A stretch of 64,000 nt of DNA from IMG/VR virus record IMGVR_UViG_3300025013_000002, positions 18,562-82,561 of that record; one strand, 5' to 3'. This DNA is from a virus. A program made the translations under genes and the position numbers. The notes under the pieces are model-generated. The model was not told the origin of the DNA and did not search any database. It worked only from the letters and a program-made list of their open reading frames with translations. Below, in pieces: positions 43,232 to 53,594 of the stretch. Every line of letters begins with the position of its first letter. The stretch's first letter is position 1.

Positions 43232-44113
43232 ATGTCAAGTTTTACGAAGCAGGGCCTTTCTTTAAACGAAGGTGACAAGGTGAAGTGGGATGGTCTCCCG
43301 GCACTGGTTGTAGCGGTAGCTGAGGAGGACACGGAGTGCCCGTACAGGGTATTCAGCGAAGGACACGAGGTGTCCGGGTGGGTGAGTGGGGAGGTGCTGG
43401 AGTTGGTGGAGATGGCTACCTACGAAGAGTTCCTGAACGAGGAACTTTTAAAGGTCGGGGATTTTGTGCGCACGCGACATGGAAGAGGGGTTTTAATCCA
43501 GATAGACCAGGATGACGACAGCATACCCTACTTTGTGGGCGTGTTTGGCTCAGAAGGGCGCTGGATTGAATATGACGAGGAAATCACCTTCATCTCCCGC
43601 CCTGACTACGGGGAGGTGGTTTAGATGAAACCTGAAATTGGGGATAAGGTTCGGGTAGATGATTGGTCGGGTCAGCACGAAGGGGTCGTGTTCAGGCTCC
43701 CGACAGAAACCGTTCCGGAATACTATGTGGGTCGTGAGACTGGCTCTGTGATCTATACCAAAGAAGACAAAATCACAGTCCTTTTCAGGCCTCGTTACGA
43801 GTACGTCAACCAGAATCCGTTCAAGGTTGGCGACCTGGTGACTTGGTATGGCGAGAGGTGCTTGGTGGTTGGGCAGGTGGATGAGGGTGAGTGGAACTAC
43901 CGAGTTTCTCGGCTGAACTACGAAGGGGATTTAACCTCTGTAAGGGAGCAGGATCTTACGCTGGTTCACGCCGCAGGGCATCCGGAGGAGAAGGTTTCGG
44001 TTCAGGACGTTGAGCCTGAAGGTTGGTACGGGTACCCGGATGAGGTGCCTGTGGAAGAACCCAGCAAGCCCTTCAATTTTGAGGAGGTGTACGATGAGCC
44101 AATCCCATTTTAA
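43232..44113 (+). CDS. Two adjacent genes, each with duplicated small beta-barrel (KOW/SH3-like) modules
   Basis: Repeated L/F.(E/V)GD.V...G...V...Y.V pattern, twice per protein. Confidence 0.5.
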
Positions 44114-44297
44114 CCTGCTTCCCTGCCCCTTCTGCGGCTCTCCTGCAGAACTGGATGTGATGGAAGACCACCACGGCGAGTACTTTAACTTGGGTTGCTT
44201 GGACAATGGATGCCCCGCTCGCTGGATCTACTACACGACCGCCTCTGAGGATATCTCGGTCGAAGAAGCAGTTGCAAAATGGAACGGGAGGGTTTGA
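44094..44297 (+). CDS. Lar-like (restriction alleviation) zinc protein
   Basis: LLPCPFCGSPA...C...C...AVAKWNGR. Confidence 0.7.
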   Translation: MSQSHFNLLPCPFCGSPAELDVMEDHHGEYFNLGCLDNGCPARWIYYTTASEDISVEEAVAKWNGRV

Positions 44298-44471
44298 TGA
44301 GCGGAGACAGATTTTGCAACTGCGACTTCACCATCTCCCGCCTACAGGCCCAACTGGAGCTGGCTCACAAACGCGAGTCAGAGCTTGAGGAGTTGCTGAG
44401 GGAGGCCAAGGAATTAGCAGAAACCTACCGCGTTTTTACGCGGAGAACAATTCAGACAAAAGGAGCAGAAA

Positions 44472-45336
44472 ATGTTTAGAGATGTGAAAGTAGGAGATCG
44501 AGTTTGGGATATCAGATTTGGGTGGGGCACAGTGAGGCACGTAAGTCCTCTTGGGTTCTTCCCTCTTCATGTAGAAATGGACCTTCGTGACGAAGGCGAG
44601 GCTATTTTTGAGGAGTACACTTGGGAGGGCTACGTGATCCCGCAGCCACTCAACCCAACCCTCTTCTGGGACGAGATCGTAATCAAGGCGCCTGAGAAGC
44701 CTGTGAGGTTGGTCGAGAGAACGTTTGAGGGTTGGGTGAATTTGTATGAGGTAGGCGACCCCTGTTTCCATAGTACCAAGAATGGAGCGGACCTTGCTGA
44801 TTCTGGCAGGCTGGGTGTGTTCAGTGTGTCCTTGGTAATCAAAGAAGTGCCTGAATGTGTTGCCCTGTGTCTGGAGGGCTTCAATGAACTCGCGTAACAT
44901 CGCAAAATGTGCCATCTGCTGCGACATCATCGAGTCCACGTACCGCCACCATTTTATTACCTGCAAGTGTGGCGCGATCAGCCTGGATGGTGGAGATGAT
45001 TATCAGAGAGGTGTAGGTGAGCCGAAGGATTTCCTTCAGCTTAGCGAAGAAGAAATCGCTGCGTGGGATTCGGTGCCTACTGGAAGGCTGGAGGATTGGG
45101 CTTACGTGGGTGGAGTCATCTACGGGGCCGTCTTCGACGACAAGCTGAAGCGTTTTCGTGATGGAACCGAGATCCACACTTCCTCGGTGGCATCACCCGC
45201 GAAGGACCGGAAGGAGGGGAAGGTGATCCAGACCAGAGGTAGCACCTATTTACTAGGCAAAAAGTTCGAGCCGAGGAAGGATTGGACTGCTGAGGTCGTG
45301 GAGGTAGCGGCTGAGGTTGGAGTTGGTGCGTTTTAA
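44472..45336 (+). CDS. Two hypothetical proteins (44472-44897; 44884-45336)
   Basis: The second has a C..C.DIIES.YRH.F..CKCG....DGG.DY motif common in phages. Confidence 0.6.
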
Positions 45337-45340
45337 ATCA

Positions 45341-45368
45341 AAGCCCTTGGGTCTTCCCAAGGGCTTTT
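45341..45368. terminator. Bidirectional intrinsic terminator between convergent genes
   Basis: AAAGCCCTTGGG tctt CCCAAGGGCTTTT. Confidence 0.8.
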
Positions 45369-45371
45369 CGT

Positions 45372-46610
45372 TTATTCAAATTGCTCCCCAAATTTATCTG
45401 CGTCCTTCCTCTTTTGCTCCCTATCGACGAACGCATATTTCCTCGACATGTTGATGTCGCTGTGATCGAGGAAATCTGCGGTCTTCCTGATGTCCTGCGT
45501 AGCTTGGTAGTAGAAGGTCCCGGCTGAGTGCTTGGTGTCGTGGAAGCGCTTGTCTTCGAGCCCTGCTTCCTTTTTGACCTTCTGGAAAATGTTGTCCCAG
45601 TAGGATCTGGAGATGGGCACTTCCGGAGTCTCACCGCAGAAGAGCCAAGGGCTTTCCTGCTCCTTCTTGGTTAGCCCCTCTAGGTAGGAATCCAGCAGGC
45701 TCCTGAGCTTTGGGATCATGTCCAGATAATGTGTGTAGTCGCCCTGCTTCCTTTTGCTTGCTGGGATGGATACGAGATTTTCCTGGAGGTTCAGGTATTC
45801 CTTTTTTAATGAGCATATGGTTTTCCTCCTGAGCCCACCGAACGCGCCCATCCCTATAATGAGTGGAGCCCTCTTGTCTACCAGCTCCGCTGCTTCCAGA
45901 AGCCTATTCAATTCACCCACCGTGTAAAATTTATCCTCCCTGGAATCGTTCTCGGGCCAAGCAGGTACCACCTGAAGCTGATTGTATTCGAGGTACCGCG
46001 TGTTGTCTGGAGCTACGATCTTGGATTTCACGAAGCAGTTGATCATGTTGATGAGGGTGGTCCTGGCCCGGTTCACAGTCGAGTTCGAGTGACCTAGATC
46101 ATCCCGGCAGTAGACCATGTATGCTTGGAGGTGCTGCGGGAGTAGATCCTGAATGAAAACTGGGAGCCGGTCTGATAACTGGCGTGGCAAGGGCTTGTCG
46201 GTCTTCCAGGAGAACTCTCGGAAGAAGGGAGTCAGGTTTCGGTCTAGGCGTTGGAGGTAGAAGGCTCGTGTGTCGGCGTTGGAGAGCCCTTCGAGGTGGG
46301 TTTTGTAAAGCTCTGCGGCTCGATCCCAGGTCAATTTTTCCCGCTTCTGGTTCAGCTTGAAGCGGTCGTCCACGATCTGACCCAGGACCTGGTTAAGCCG
46401 ATCCTCGGCTTGTTTCTTGTGGATGCTGATCTGCTCCGCGATCTGCTTCCCATCGAAGGAGTAGGAGATGCTCCAGAATTTATCAGCCTCGTTTGTGGTG
46501 CTTCCACACTTTTTGCACGGAGGCATCTTCTTGGGAGGATCGGTGAAGCGCTTCCTGGCCCCACACTCGTAGCATCGGACCACCTTGAAAATCGAACCCT
46601 TTTCTCGCAT
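45372..46610 (-). CDS. int: Tyrosine integrase
   Basis: GGLRRKTI (catalytic R); RFHDTKHS (HxxR variant); LDHSDINMSRKY (H/Y); adjacent tRNA fragment. Confidence 0.92.
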   Translation of the reverse strand: MREKGSIFKVVRCYECGARKRFTDPPKKMPPCKKCGSTTNEADKFWSISYSFDGKQIAEQISIHKKQAEDRLNQVLGQIVDDRFKLNQKREKLTWDRAAELYKTHLEGLSNADTRAFYLQRLDRNLTPFFREFSWKTDKPLPRQLSDRLPVFIQDLLPQHLQAYMVYCRDDLGHSNSTVNRARTTLINMINCFVKSKIVAPDNTRYLEYNQLQVVPAWPENDSREDKFYTVGELNRLLEAAELVDKRAPLIIGMGAFGGLRRKTICSLKKEYLNLQENLVSIPASKRKQGDYTHYLDMIPKLRSLLDSYLEGLTKKEQESPWLFCGETPEVPISRSYWDNIFQKVKKEAGLEDKRFHDTKHSAGTFYYQATQDIRKTADFLDHSDINMSRKYAFVDREQKRKDADKFGEQFE

Positions 46611-46630
46611 GAGCTTTCCTCCTTGGTCAG

Positions 46631-46659
46631 AATATAATTCAGACGTGAATGGAAGTCAA
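46631..46659 (-). promoter_or_regulatory. Integrase promoter with family A operator in the spacer
   Basis: TTGACT-17-TATATT; AATTCAGACGTGAAT at 46636. Confidence 0.7.
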
Positions 46660-46941
46660 GCCCTTCGCTGCAATATTTGAGCAATAATTGAAATTTCCTG
46701 ACTCTTCCCGATTAGGGCTAAGTGGTGGGATTTGGTAATTTTATTTTATGTATTAGGTAGTTATAAATTCAGACGTGATTTTAAATGCTGGATGTGATTT
46801 AAGGAAGTCTTTATGGATTAGGTAGTTGTGAGATTTGAGGCTTTTTAGTTGATATAGCAAAGGCCCTCTTGGTTAAGGAGAGCCTAGTTATAACTAGCTG
46901 ATTCTATTGTACAAATAGGTGCATGCAAATAATTCACTTGT

Positions 46942-46980
46942 GAGTCAGAGTCCGTTGCCTTACCGCTTGGCGACACCCCA
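46942..46980 (-). mobile_element. attP core: 5' half of tRNA-Gln(CTG)
   Basis: TGGGGTGTCGCCAAGCGGTAAGGCAACGGACTCTGACTC gives acceptor 5' strand, D arm and anticodon loop CTCTGAC; no T arm or CCA; about 330 bp from int. Confidence 0.85.
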
Positions 46981-46998
46981 ATTTCAACTACTTACGAG

Positions 46999-47028
46999 AT
47001 TTTATTTTCCTTAGCAATAGTCTGTCAA
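46999..47028 (-). promoter_or_regulatory. Sigma70-like promoter reading into the tRNA 5' half
   Basis: TTGACA-18-TAAAAT ending 19 bp before tRNA position 1. Confidence 0.65.
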
Positions 47029-47105
47029 TTTTTGAATCCGGAATGCTGCTAAAGAAAATGCCCTGTCTCGCGTCAGGTGGACCGCAAGATAGGGCATTTT
47101 GAAAT

Positions 47106-47459
47106 TCAAGTCAACATTCTTTTTCGTCTTTTTTTGGGCTGAGGATCTTGTTTGGAAACTTGGTGGAGCGCCTTGATTTCGTCGAGGAGGATTGAGGGGT
47201 CGATCTGCCACCTACCTTTAGGCCCAGTCTTCCAGCCTGTAAGTTCGCCAAGTTCCAGCTTTCCCTTCAGCCATCTGTCGGACTTGTTGATTTTGATTGA
47301 GGCTTGTTTGAGGCCGATCAGGAGAGGCTCTGGTCGATTTGGGCTAAGCGCTTCGATGGCCGCTTGGAGAATTTTTAATGTCGCGGCATGGACCTCGGCT
47401 TGGGCCTGGAGAAGCCTGAGTAACGATGCTGGGTCCGTGGAAATGGCTTGGGTCTGCAC
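47106..47459 (-). CDS. Excisionase-like HTH protein
   Basis: LIGLKQASIKINKSDRWLK..LELGELTG.K....GRWQID; located next to attP. Confidence 0.6.
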   Translation of the reverse strand: MQTQAISTDPASLLRLLQAQAEVHAATLKILQAAIEALSPNRPEPLLIGLKQASIKINKSDRWLKGKLELGELTGWKTGPKGRWQIDPSILLDEIKALHQVSKQDPQPKKRRKRMLT

Positions 47460-47864
47460 TGGGAAACGCCCTCCTGCAATAGTCTTGCAATTATTGAACT
47501 GGATTTCGAAATGATTCTACCTACTTCCAAGGCCACTTGAATATCGGGGTCGAATAATTCTCCCTGAAAAACTTCCACGAGGCGAAGTGCGACCGGCAGC
47601 AAAAGTGCAGGCCGTACTTCTTGGAGTAGATCCCCTTGTGGCTGAATTCTGAGTGACACCAGGCGCAGGTCATTTTCGGTCTCCTGAGTTGATCCTACTC
47701 CTGACCTTCGTAAGTAACAAGTTGGAAGCATCTTTTCGGATTCCTAATACAGGTAACGTCGGGAGTCTCTGCAACGCACTCAGATTGCGACCTACAGAAG
47801 TAGCAGCAGGTCTGATTCTCCTTGAAAGGGTCGTAGGGACAACATGTGGATTTGCATCTGGCGA

Positions 47865-48047
47865 TCATCTCCCACCTCCGTACAAATCCTTAGCCCACCC
47901 AGAGCCCTTCAAGACAAATGAAGGCGAAGCTACGGTTCGGTGCATCGGATGACCACATTCACAAAGCTGAATTCCCGGTGAGTTGAAGGCCTCCCGGACC
48001 TCCCTTGATTTTTCACATTTGCTGCATTTGTACTCGTACAGAGGCAT
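47865..48047 (-). CDS. FmdB-family zinc ribbon protein
   Basis: MPLYEYKCSKC...CECG..M.R...SPSFVLKGSGW. Confidence 0.85.
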   Translation of the reverse strand: MPLYEYKCSKCEKSREVREAFNSPGIQLCECGHPMHRTVASPSFVLKGSGWAKDLYGGGR

Positions 48048-48130
48048 TTTAGAAAATCTCCTATTCGGATATGAATTGATTGGGTAAAACGAAAGGCCCC
48101 GCTAAAGCCCCTTTTCACCTTTTGACGAGG

Positions 48131-48218
48131 ATGTTACGTCAGGTCGGGCTCGGTGTCAAGAAAATAATTCATATCTGAATAAAAATTCACTTGACAAATG
48201 ACGAAAGTGTGATACAAT
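48131..48218. promoter_or_regulatory. Divergent sigma70-like promoter pair with a family A operator between them
   Basis: Minus strand TTGACA(48159)-17-TAACAT; plus strand TTGACA(48191)-16-TACAAT; operator at 48166. Confidence 0.65.
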
Positions 48219-48257
48219 TTTTAATGAGGGAGTGTACCCTCAACAATTCAGATGTGA

Positions 48258-48659
48258 ATGGGAGAACGAATGGGAGATTGGATTGAGATCAAACCGGAGC
48301 AAGTAAGGAAGGACAACAGCAACCTGTGGCGCATGGAGGGGGAGGGCACCTACATCAATGAGGAGTTAAAGAAATTGAAATTCAAAAAGGTTGAGCCTGA
48401 GCACATTGACCGGCTGAGAAACTGGGTGGCAGTCACTGGCTATGGAATTGCCCATCCTTACGAGGACTTGGATGCTCAATTGGATCTGCAGACTTTTATC
48501 GCGAGGCTAACCGAAGTAGATGCTGAAATTTTTGAACTGTTTCTGGAGAACTACTCGGTCAAGGAAATAGCTGCTGAGGTAAACCGAAATACCAAAACTG
48601 TGTACCGCAGGTTGAGCGGAATTATCGACCAGTACAAGACCTACTACCTGGAGGAATAA
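48258..48659 (+). CDS. Sigma-70 region-4-like HTH protein (possible late regulator)
   Basis: LT..DAEIFELF.ENYSVKEIAAEVNRNTKTVYRRL. Confidence 0.7.
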   Translation: MGERMGDWIEIKPEQVRKDNSNLWRMEGEGTYINEELKKLKFKKVEPEHIDRLRNWVAVTGYGIAHPYEDLDAQLDLQTFIARLTEVDAEIFELFLENYSVKEIAAEVNRNTKTVYRRLSGIIDQYKTYYLEE

Positions 48660-49174
48660 TGGAAGAAGATAAAATACTTGGCACCAAATCAATCGTACCA
48701 AAGGACACCGACGCTTTCGAATTAGCGGATTTTGAAACACCGCTTTCAACCTCAGCAGTACCAAATGTCTTGTGGAGTATCGAGAAGCATAAAGTTGCTC
48801 AACTACTGGCTTTGTCTGGGCTATCTAAAGCTCAGATCAGTCGAGAAACAAAGGTTCCGCTCGGAGCCATCAAGAAGTGGCAGGAAAGCCAGGAGTTCCG
48901 TGACTACGTAAACCAGTTAGTCCTCGAATCAGCAAATCTCATGAAGGCCACCCGCCTGCAGATCCTGACCAAAATCCTGAACGCCAGAATTGACGAAGCG
49001 GAAAAAACTGACGACTACGCCCGCCTATCTAAAGCCGACACGGTAGACATCATCAACGCGATCCGGAAAGAGACGGTCGAGGATGAGGAGAAGAAGGAGT
49101 CGAAGTACGTTCAGATCCTGGAGAAGATGGTTGAACTGACCCACCAACCCAGGACCTTGGAGCTTCCTAAATAA
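48659..49174 (+). CDS. Putative terminase small subunit (HTH)
   Basis: HTH GLSKAQISRETKVPLGAIKKW; position upstream of the large terminase. Confidence 0.55.
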   Translation: MEEDKILGTKSIVPKDTDAFELADFETPLSTSAVPNVLWSIEKHKVAQLLALSGLSKAQISRETKVPLGAIKKWQESQEFRDYVNQLVLESANLMKATRLQILTKILNARIDEAEKTDDYARLSKADTVDIINAIRKETVEDEEKKESKYVQILEKMVELTHQPRTLELPK

Positions 49175-49257
49175 ACTGTCTAAATGAGAATTTAGATAGC
49201 CTACCACCCCAATAAGGTATTGAGAACAAAATTCAATATCTTTTATGGGGTCCTTAA

Positions 49258-49659
49258 ATGAATGCTTTTTTAGCCAAGATATTCGGCAACAGGCCTGGAG
49301 TTATTTTCAGGCTGTACATGGCAGCGGTGCTTTTTCAGTTTTCACTCCTCAGTTTCGCCTCAGTTGATCTGGCGGCTACGAATGATTTCTGCTTGGGTCC
49401 CTTCAACATGGTGCTGGATATATCCTTCTGGCTCGGCGTGTTTTCGTCGCTGGGCGCCTGCAGTTTGGCTTTTAGAAGCAAATACGTGAACTGGCCGCTA
49501 GGTACCCTACTCAGTGAATCAGCCGCAGTCCTCGCCTTCGTCGTCCTCAGCTTTGACTACTTGACCCGCAAGCCTCCGATCATCGCAGGTAGCGTTCTCT
49601 CCGTAACCGCAGCTATTTTCCTGATTGGAGGCCTTATCTATGAGCGAAGAAATCCTTAA
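49258..49659 (+). CDS. Multi-pass membrane protein (holin-like)
   Basis: About four hydrophobic segments. Confidence 0.45.
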   Translation: MNAFLAKIFGNRPGVIFRLYMAAVLFQFSLLSFASVDLAATNDFCLGPFNMVLDISFWLGVFSSLGACSLAFRSKYVNWPLGTLLSESAAVLAFVVLSFDYLTRKPPIIAGSVLSVTAAIFLIGGLIYERRNP

Positions 49660-49879
49660 TTACAAAATTGAGCAACTCGTAGATCGAGTAGAGAAATTGG
49701 AGGAGCACGAATCAAGGTGCTCACAGCCGGAAGAAGGAACTCTGGCTTTGATGAAGACGAGCTTGAAGGAGGACATAGGCAAGGTGGAGTCGAAGCTGAA
49801 TTGGCTCATCACCTTGATTCTGACTACTGTGTTGGGCGCCCTAGTGACGATTTTTTTATCGAAGATGGGGTTTAATTGA
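49640..49879 (+). CDS. Coiled-coil protein with C-terminal TM helix (XhlA-like)
   Basis: RVEKLEE...KVESKLNWLITLILTTVLGALV. Confidence 0.5.
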   Translation: MSEEILNYKIEQLVDRVEKLEEHESRCSQPEEGTLALMKTSLKEDIGKVESKLNWLITLILTTVLGALVTIFLSKMGFN

Positions 49880-50514
49880 TGATTGAGAAAATAAGAAAAT
49901 GCAGAACGTGTGGTTGTATGTCAACAGAAGTAGATTTCGTTAAGAACCAGAATTGGTGCAAGCCGTGCCAGAGTGATTACAACAGGACCTACTCAAAAGG
50001 GTGGAGAGCAGATAATCAAGAGAAGATCAAAGAGGATAGGAGCGAGTACTACGCAGAAAACGGTGACGAGATTAGACGTAAATCTAAAGAGTACCATGCA
50101 GCCCACCCAGAGCAGAAGAAGCAAGCGGATAAGAAGTGGAGGGATGCTAATGCAGAAAGAAAAAAAGAGAATGATAAAAACTGGCGGATAGAGAATGGAG
50201 TACGTAAGTATAAGCACGAAAAGAAGCGCAGGCAGAGGAAGGCTGAGATCCCAGGTGTCTGCACCGACAAAGACGTTGATGCTTTGTATGCTAAGCAGGG
50301 AGGACGCTGTACCTATTGTCAGGAAAAACTTGGCGATTTTCATGTGGACCACATCATCCCTGTTGTAGTTGAGGGATGTACCCATTGGCCCTCCAATCGC
50401 CAGTTGCTCTGCCCTTTTTGTAACGTGAGTAAGGGCAAGAAGAGCCACGAGGAATATTTGGAGTACCGCAGGATTGTAGGCCTCCCGGTGTTTGACAATC
50501 AGGAGGCTGCGTAA
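49876..50514 (+). CDS. HNH endonuclease
   Basis: CTYC...HVDHIIP......H..SNRQLLCPFCNVSK; overlaps the terminase start. Confidence 0.9.
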   Translation: MMIEKIRKCRTCGCMSTEVDFVKNQNWCKPCQSDYNRTYSKGWRADNQEKIKEDRSEYYAENGDEIRRKSKEYHAAHPEQKKQADKKWRDANAERKKENDKNWRIENGVRKYKHEKKRRQRKAEIPGVCTDKDVDALYAKQGGRCTYCQEKLGDFHVDHIIPVVVEGCTHWPSNRQLLCPFCNVSKGKKSHEEYLEYRRIVGLPVFDNQEAA

Positions 50515-52109
50515 TGGATGCCAGAACAAAAGGTAGAAAGCTCACCAGAAAGAAGCCTGAAGTAGTCGAATACATGAAGTTTAAGGGACGCCTCAGCGTC
50601 CCTGCATTTGTCGAGATATTGGCAAATTCGGGCATAGAGTTGTTCCCGCATGAGGGCCAGTGGCAAGTTATAGACGCCTACGAAGAGCGGGTCCCTCCTT
50701 CGGAGGCGGTCCTTCAGATGGCAGCAGAAAATGGCATAACTCTGGATTTTGAGTACGCCTATAGAACCCTTGTGGTTGCGGCGGGCCGGAGATGGGGCAA
50801 GAGCGTGGTTGCCAGTCTCTTCGGGGCGCAGGAGATGTTGGTGCCTAATGCCCGCGTCTTGATTGTTTCCTACGCCCTTTCCAACTGCGAGGTCATTTAT
50901 GACTACGTGCGTAAGCTCTTGGTGGCGCTGTTGGGCCAGGACGAGATTGTAGCTGATAGACAGCAGGCGATGGAGTTGATCCTGAAGAATGGGTCGGAAC
51001 TTAGGGTCGCATCAAACGACAACGTCCAGACCCGACTTGGTAAGGCCGTAAGTTTGTTGATCATTGATGAAGCTGTCCTCTTTTCAGAGAAAATGCACTC
51101 CCAGGTCCTCAAGCCCATGTTGTTTGATTACGCGCCGTTCAGTAGGTCGGTGCTGATTTCATCTCCGAGGGCAGGTTGGTTTGAATCTGCCTACCTCAAG
51201 GGCGCTAACCCGGACTTCCCCAAACACTGGTCGATCAATCTCCCTACACATACCAACCCAACAATTCCAAAGGAAGAACTCGCGCAGATGGAAAAGGAGC
51301 TTCCCAGGGACCTTTACGAACAAGAGGTCCTTGGTCTCTTCACCTCCAATGCCGGGTTGGTTTGCCGCGAGTTCACCAAAGAGAGGAACACGTATAAACC
51401 AGAGGAGTACCCATTCCTCTACGAGTGGCTCCATTCCGGGAACGTCATCATCAACATGATCGACTCAGGATACTCGCACTATTTTGCGTCGGTCTGGGTC
51501 ATGTACGTAGAGGAACTGGACACCTACTTCGCCTTCGCTGAGTATGCCAAGAATAAGACCTTGACTTCCGAGCACGCACGCTACATCAACGAGTTCGAGG
51601 CCGAGAATGATCTCCAGGTTGACATCCGGTTTGCCGACCCAGCCGCCAGTCAACAGTTGGCGGACTTCACGGAGTATGACCTCTACTTCAACAAGGCTGC
51701 GAAAGTATTAAGGGAAACCATCAATAATCTCAACACGCTTTTCTTCCAGACCAGCGAGATCACAGGGAAACCAAGGCTCTTAGTAAGCACTGAGTGCCCC
51801 GAACTAATCCGGCAGCTTTCCTCGGTCATCTGGAAGACTGGCAAAGAAGATGAGCAGACCAAAGAGCAGTCGGCTCAGGGAATCAAGCCTTTCATCCCGG
51901 ACAAGGAAGGTCCTGTTGGAGGTGGCAACAAAACTGACTGGGACCTCTTCGACGCCTTTCGTTATGGCCTCTTTTCATTCATCAAAAATACTAGGGTTGA
52001 TGCAACGATCATTACAACCGAGACCGGGACTCAACGGGACGCCTCTGAAGATGAATTCGACGAGATGCTGTACTCCCAGGGCTGGTTCCGGATGAGTGAC
52101 GCCGTTTAA
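50514..52109 (+). CDS. terL: Terminase large subunit
   Basis: AAGRRWGKS; LLIIDEA; ISSP; RNase H-like IDSG, ADPA and DLFDAFRY. Confidence 0.93.
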   Translation: MDARTKGRKLTRKKPEVVEYMKFKGRLSVPAFVEILANSGIELFPHEGQWQVIDAYEERVPPSEAVLQMAAENGITLDFEYAYRTLVVAAGRRWGKSVVASLFGAQEMLVPNARVLIVSYALSNCEVIYDYVRKLLVALLGQDEIVADRQQAMELILKNGSELRVASNDNVQTRLGKAVSLLIIDEAVLFSEKMHSQVLKPMLFDYAPFSRSVLISSPRAGWFESAYLKGANPDFPKHWSINLPTHTNPTIPKEELAQMEKELPRDLYEQEVLGLFTSNAGLVCREFTKERNTYKPEEYPFLYEWLHSGNVIINMIDSGYSHYFASVWVMYVEELDTYFAFAEYAKNKTLTSEHARYINEFEAENDLQVDIRFADPAASQQLADFTEYDLYFNKAAKVLRETINNLNTLFFQTSEITGKPRLLVSTECPELIRQLSSVIWKTGKEDEQTKEQSAQGIKPFIPDKEGPVGGGNKTDWDLFDAFRYGLFSFIKNTRVDATIITTETGTQRDASEDEFDEMLYSQGWFRMSDAV

Positions 52110-52126
52110 ACCCAAAAGGACACCAA

Positions 52127-53506
52127 ATGGGATGGTTCTTCAAAGAGAAAGCTGCATCGCAGCCTAGCCTAGCTGTATATTCAACCCCTCCTCGCCCGCC
52201 GATTGATTATTCAGGCAAGGAAAACCCCGCAGATAAAATCACGTACACCGGCATCGGCCAAACGAAGTACGCTTCAGGACTTCCGCCTTCCATCTTCGAC
52301 AACCCGATTACGGCAGTCAGGTCGTACCCTGTTGTCTACTCCGTCATCTCTGCGATCTCCGATGCTATCGCCGGGTTGAACGTCAAGGTCTACCAGCTTA
52401 AAGGGGGTCAACGAACCGAGGCGATGGACCACCCCTTCTACAAGGTATTCTCGAACCCCAATCCCTATCAAGGATCGTTCGAGTTCCTCGAAGAACTTGA
52501 GCAGGGCTTGGATACTTGCGGGAACGTCTACATCCTGAAGGAGCCTGGGCCAAACGGGGTCGAGCTTTACATCCTCAATCCGAAGTATGTCGCGATCCTC
52601 CCCGACCCTACCATCAAGGTCAAAGGCTACCGCTACTACATCAACGGGCAGTCGATGGATTTCCCGCCTGAGTCTGTAATCCACATCAAGTACAACGACG
52701 TGGACGATCCGTACTACGGGATGCCTCCTCTGGCGACCGCAGTAGACGTGATCACTTTTGAGAAAAACCGCATCGCGTTTGCCAATCAGTACTTTATCAA
52801 TGGCGCGATTCCAGTCGGGGTCCTTGAGACCGAGCAGGTTCTCGGTGAGACTCTCCTGAAGAAGCTCAGGAAAGAATGGAGCGGGATTCACCAAGGAGTA
52901 TCGAATGCGCATAAGGTAGGGATTCTTCAGGGCGGGTTGAAGTACAAGCCGATCACCTCCCCCATCAAGGATTTAGATTTCCCTGGGCTCAAGAAGATGT
53001 CCCGAGAAGATATTCTGGCAATCTTTAAAGTGCCTGAGTCCATTCTAGGTAGCCAGGAAGGTACCGGCGCCAAAGAAGGCAAGGACGCTGTGGTCGCCTT
53101 CTGGCGCCAGTGCATTATACCTAGATTGAGAAGGATCGAAAGCGGCCTGAATCGCGGGCTCCAGATTGAGATGTTCGGACAGGGCACGTTCGTCTTTGAA
53201 TTTAATTTGAAAGATGTCGTAGCTTTGCAGGATGACAGGGAATCATTAAGCAAATACCTTCAGACTCTGGTTGGTAGCTCCATCATGACCGCCAACGAAG
53301 CTCGTGCAGTCATCGGACTCCCGTTAAGCAAAGACCCCACCGCAGATGTCCTCATGGTCAACAACAGCCAATTCGGGAACGCCCTGATGCCGGTTGGAGA
53401 CGTAGGAAATCAAGGCGCAGGCTCCAACGACAAGAAGCCTGGAGCAAAACCTGGAGGGACGAAACCGGTGAACGGAGAGAAGCCAAAGGCTAAACCTACG
53501 GCTTAA
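52127..53506 (+). CDS. Portal protein (HK97 family)
   Basis: PNPYQ; GNVYI; VIHIK...YYGMPPL; YFINGAIP; ILAIFKVP..ILG; IMTANEAR. Confidence 0.93.
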   Translation: MGWFFKEKAASQPSLAVYSTPPRPPIDYSGKENPADKITYTGIGQTKYASGLPPSIFDNPITAVRSYPVVYSVISAISDAIAGLNVKVYQLKGGQRTEAMDHPFYKVFSNPNPYQGSFEFLEELEQGLDTCGNVYILKEPGPNGVELYILNPKYVAILPDPTIKVKGYRYYINGQSMDFPPESVIHIKYNDVDDPYYGMPPLATAVDVITFEKNRIAFANQYFINGAIPVGVLETEQVLGETLLKKLRKEWSGIHQGVSNAHKVGILQGGLKYKPITSPIKDLDFPGLKKMSREDILAIFKVPESILGSQEGTGAKEGKDAVVAFWRQCIIPRLRRIESGLNRGLQIEMFGQGTFVFEFNLKDVVALQDDRESLSKYLQTLVGSSIMTANEARAVIGLPLSKDPTADVLMVNNSQFGNALMPVGDVGNQGAGSNDKKPGAKPGGTKPVNGEKPKAKPTA

Positions 53507-53594
53507 AGTATTCACGTGTGAATAAAAATTTAACATTGTTGAGAATTATCGTATGAAATCGACCCAATACCCATAATGAAGCATAAGGAGAATT

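Noticed and set aside
46942-46980. Intact phage tRNA-Gln gene
   Set aside because: Homology stops two bases after the anticodon loop, with no T arm, 3' acceptor strand or CCA.
49876-50514. HNH gene as a mobile intron or homing element inside the terminase
   Set aside because: It is a free-standing ORF upstream of an uninterrupted terL, and HNH genes next to terminases are common.
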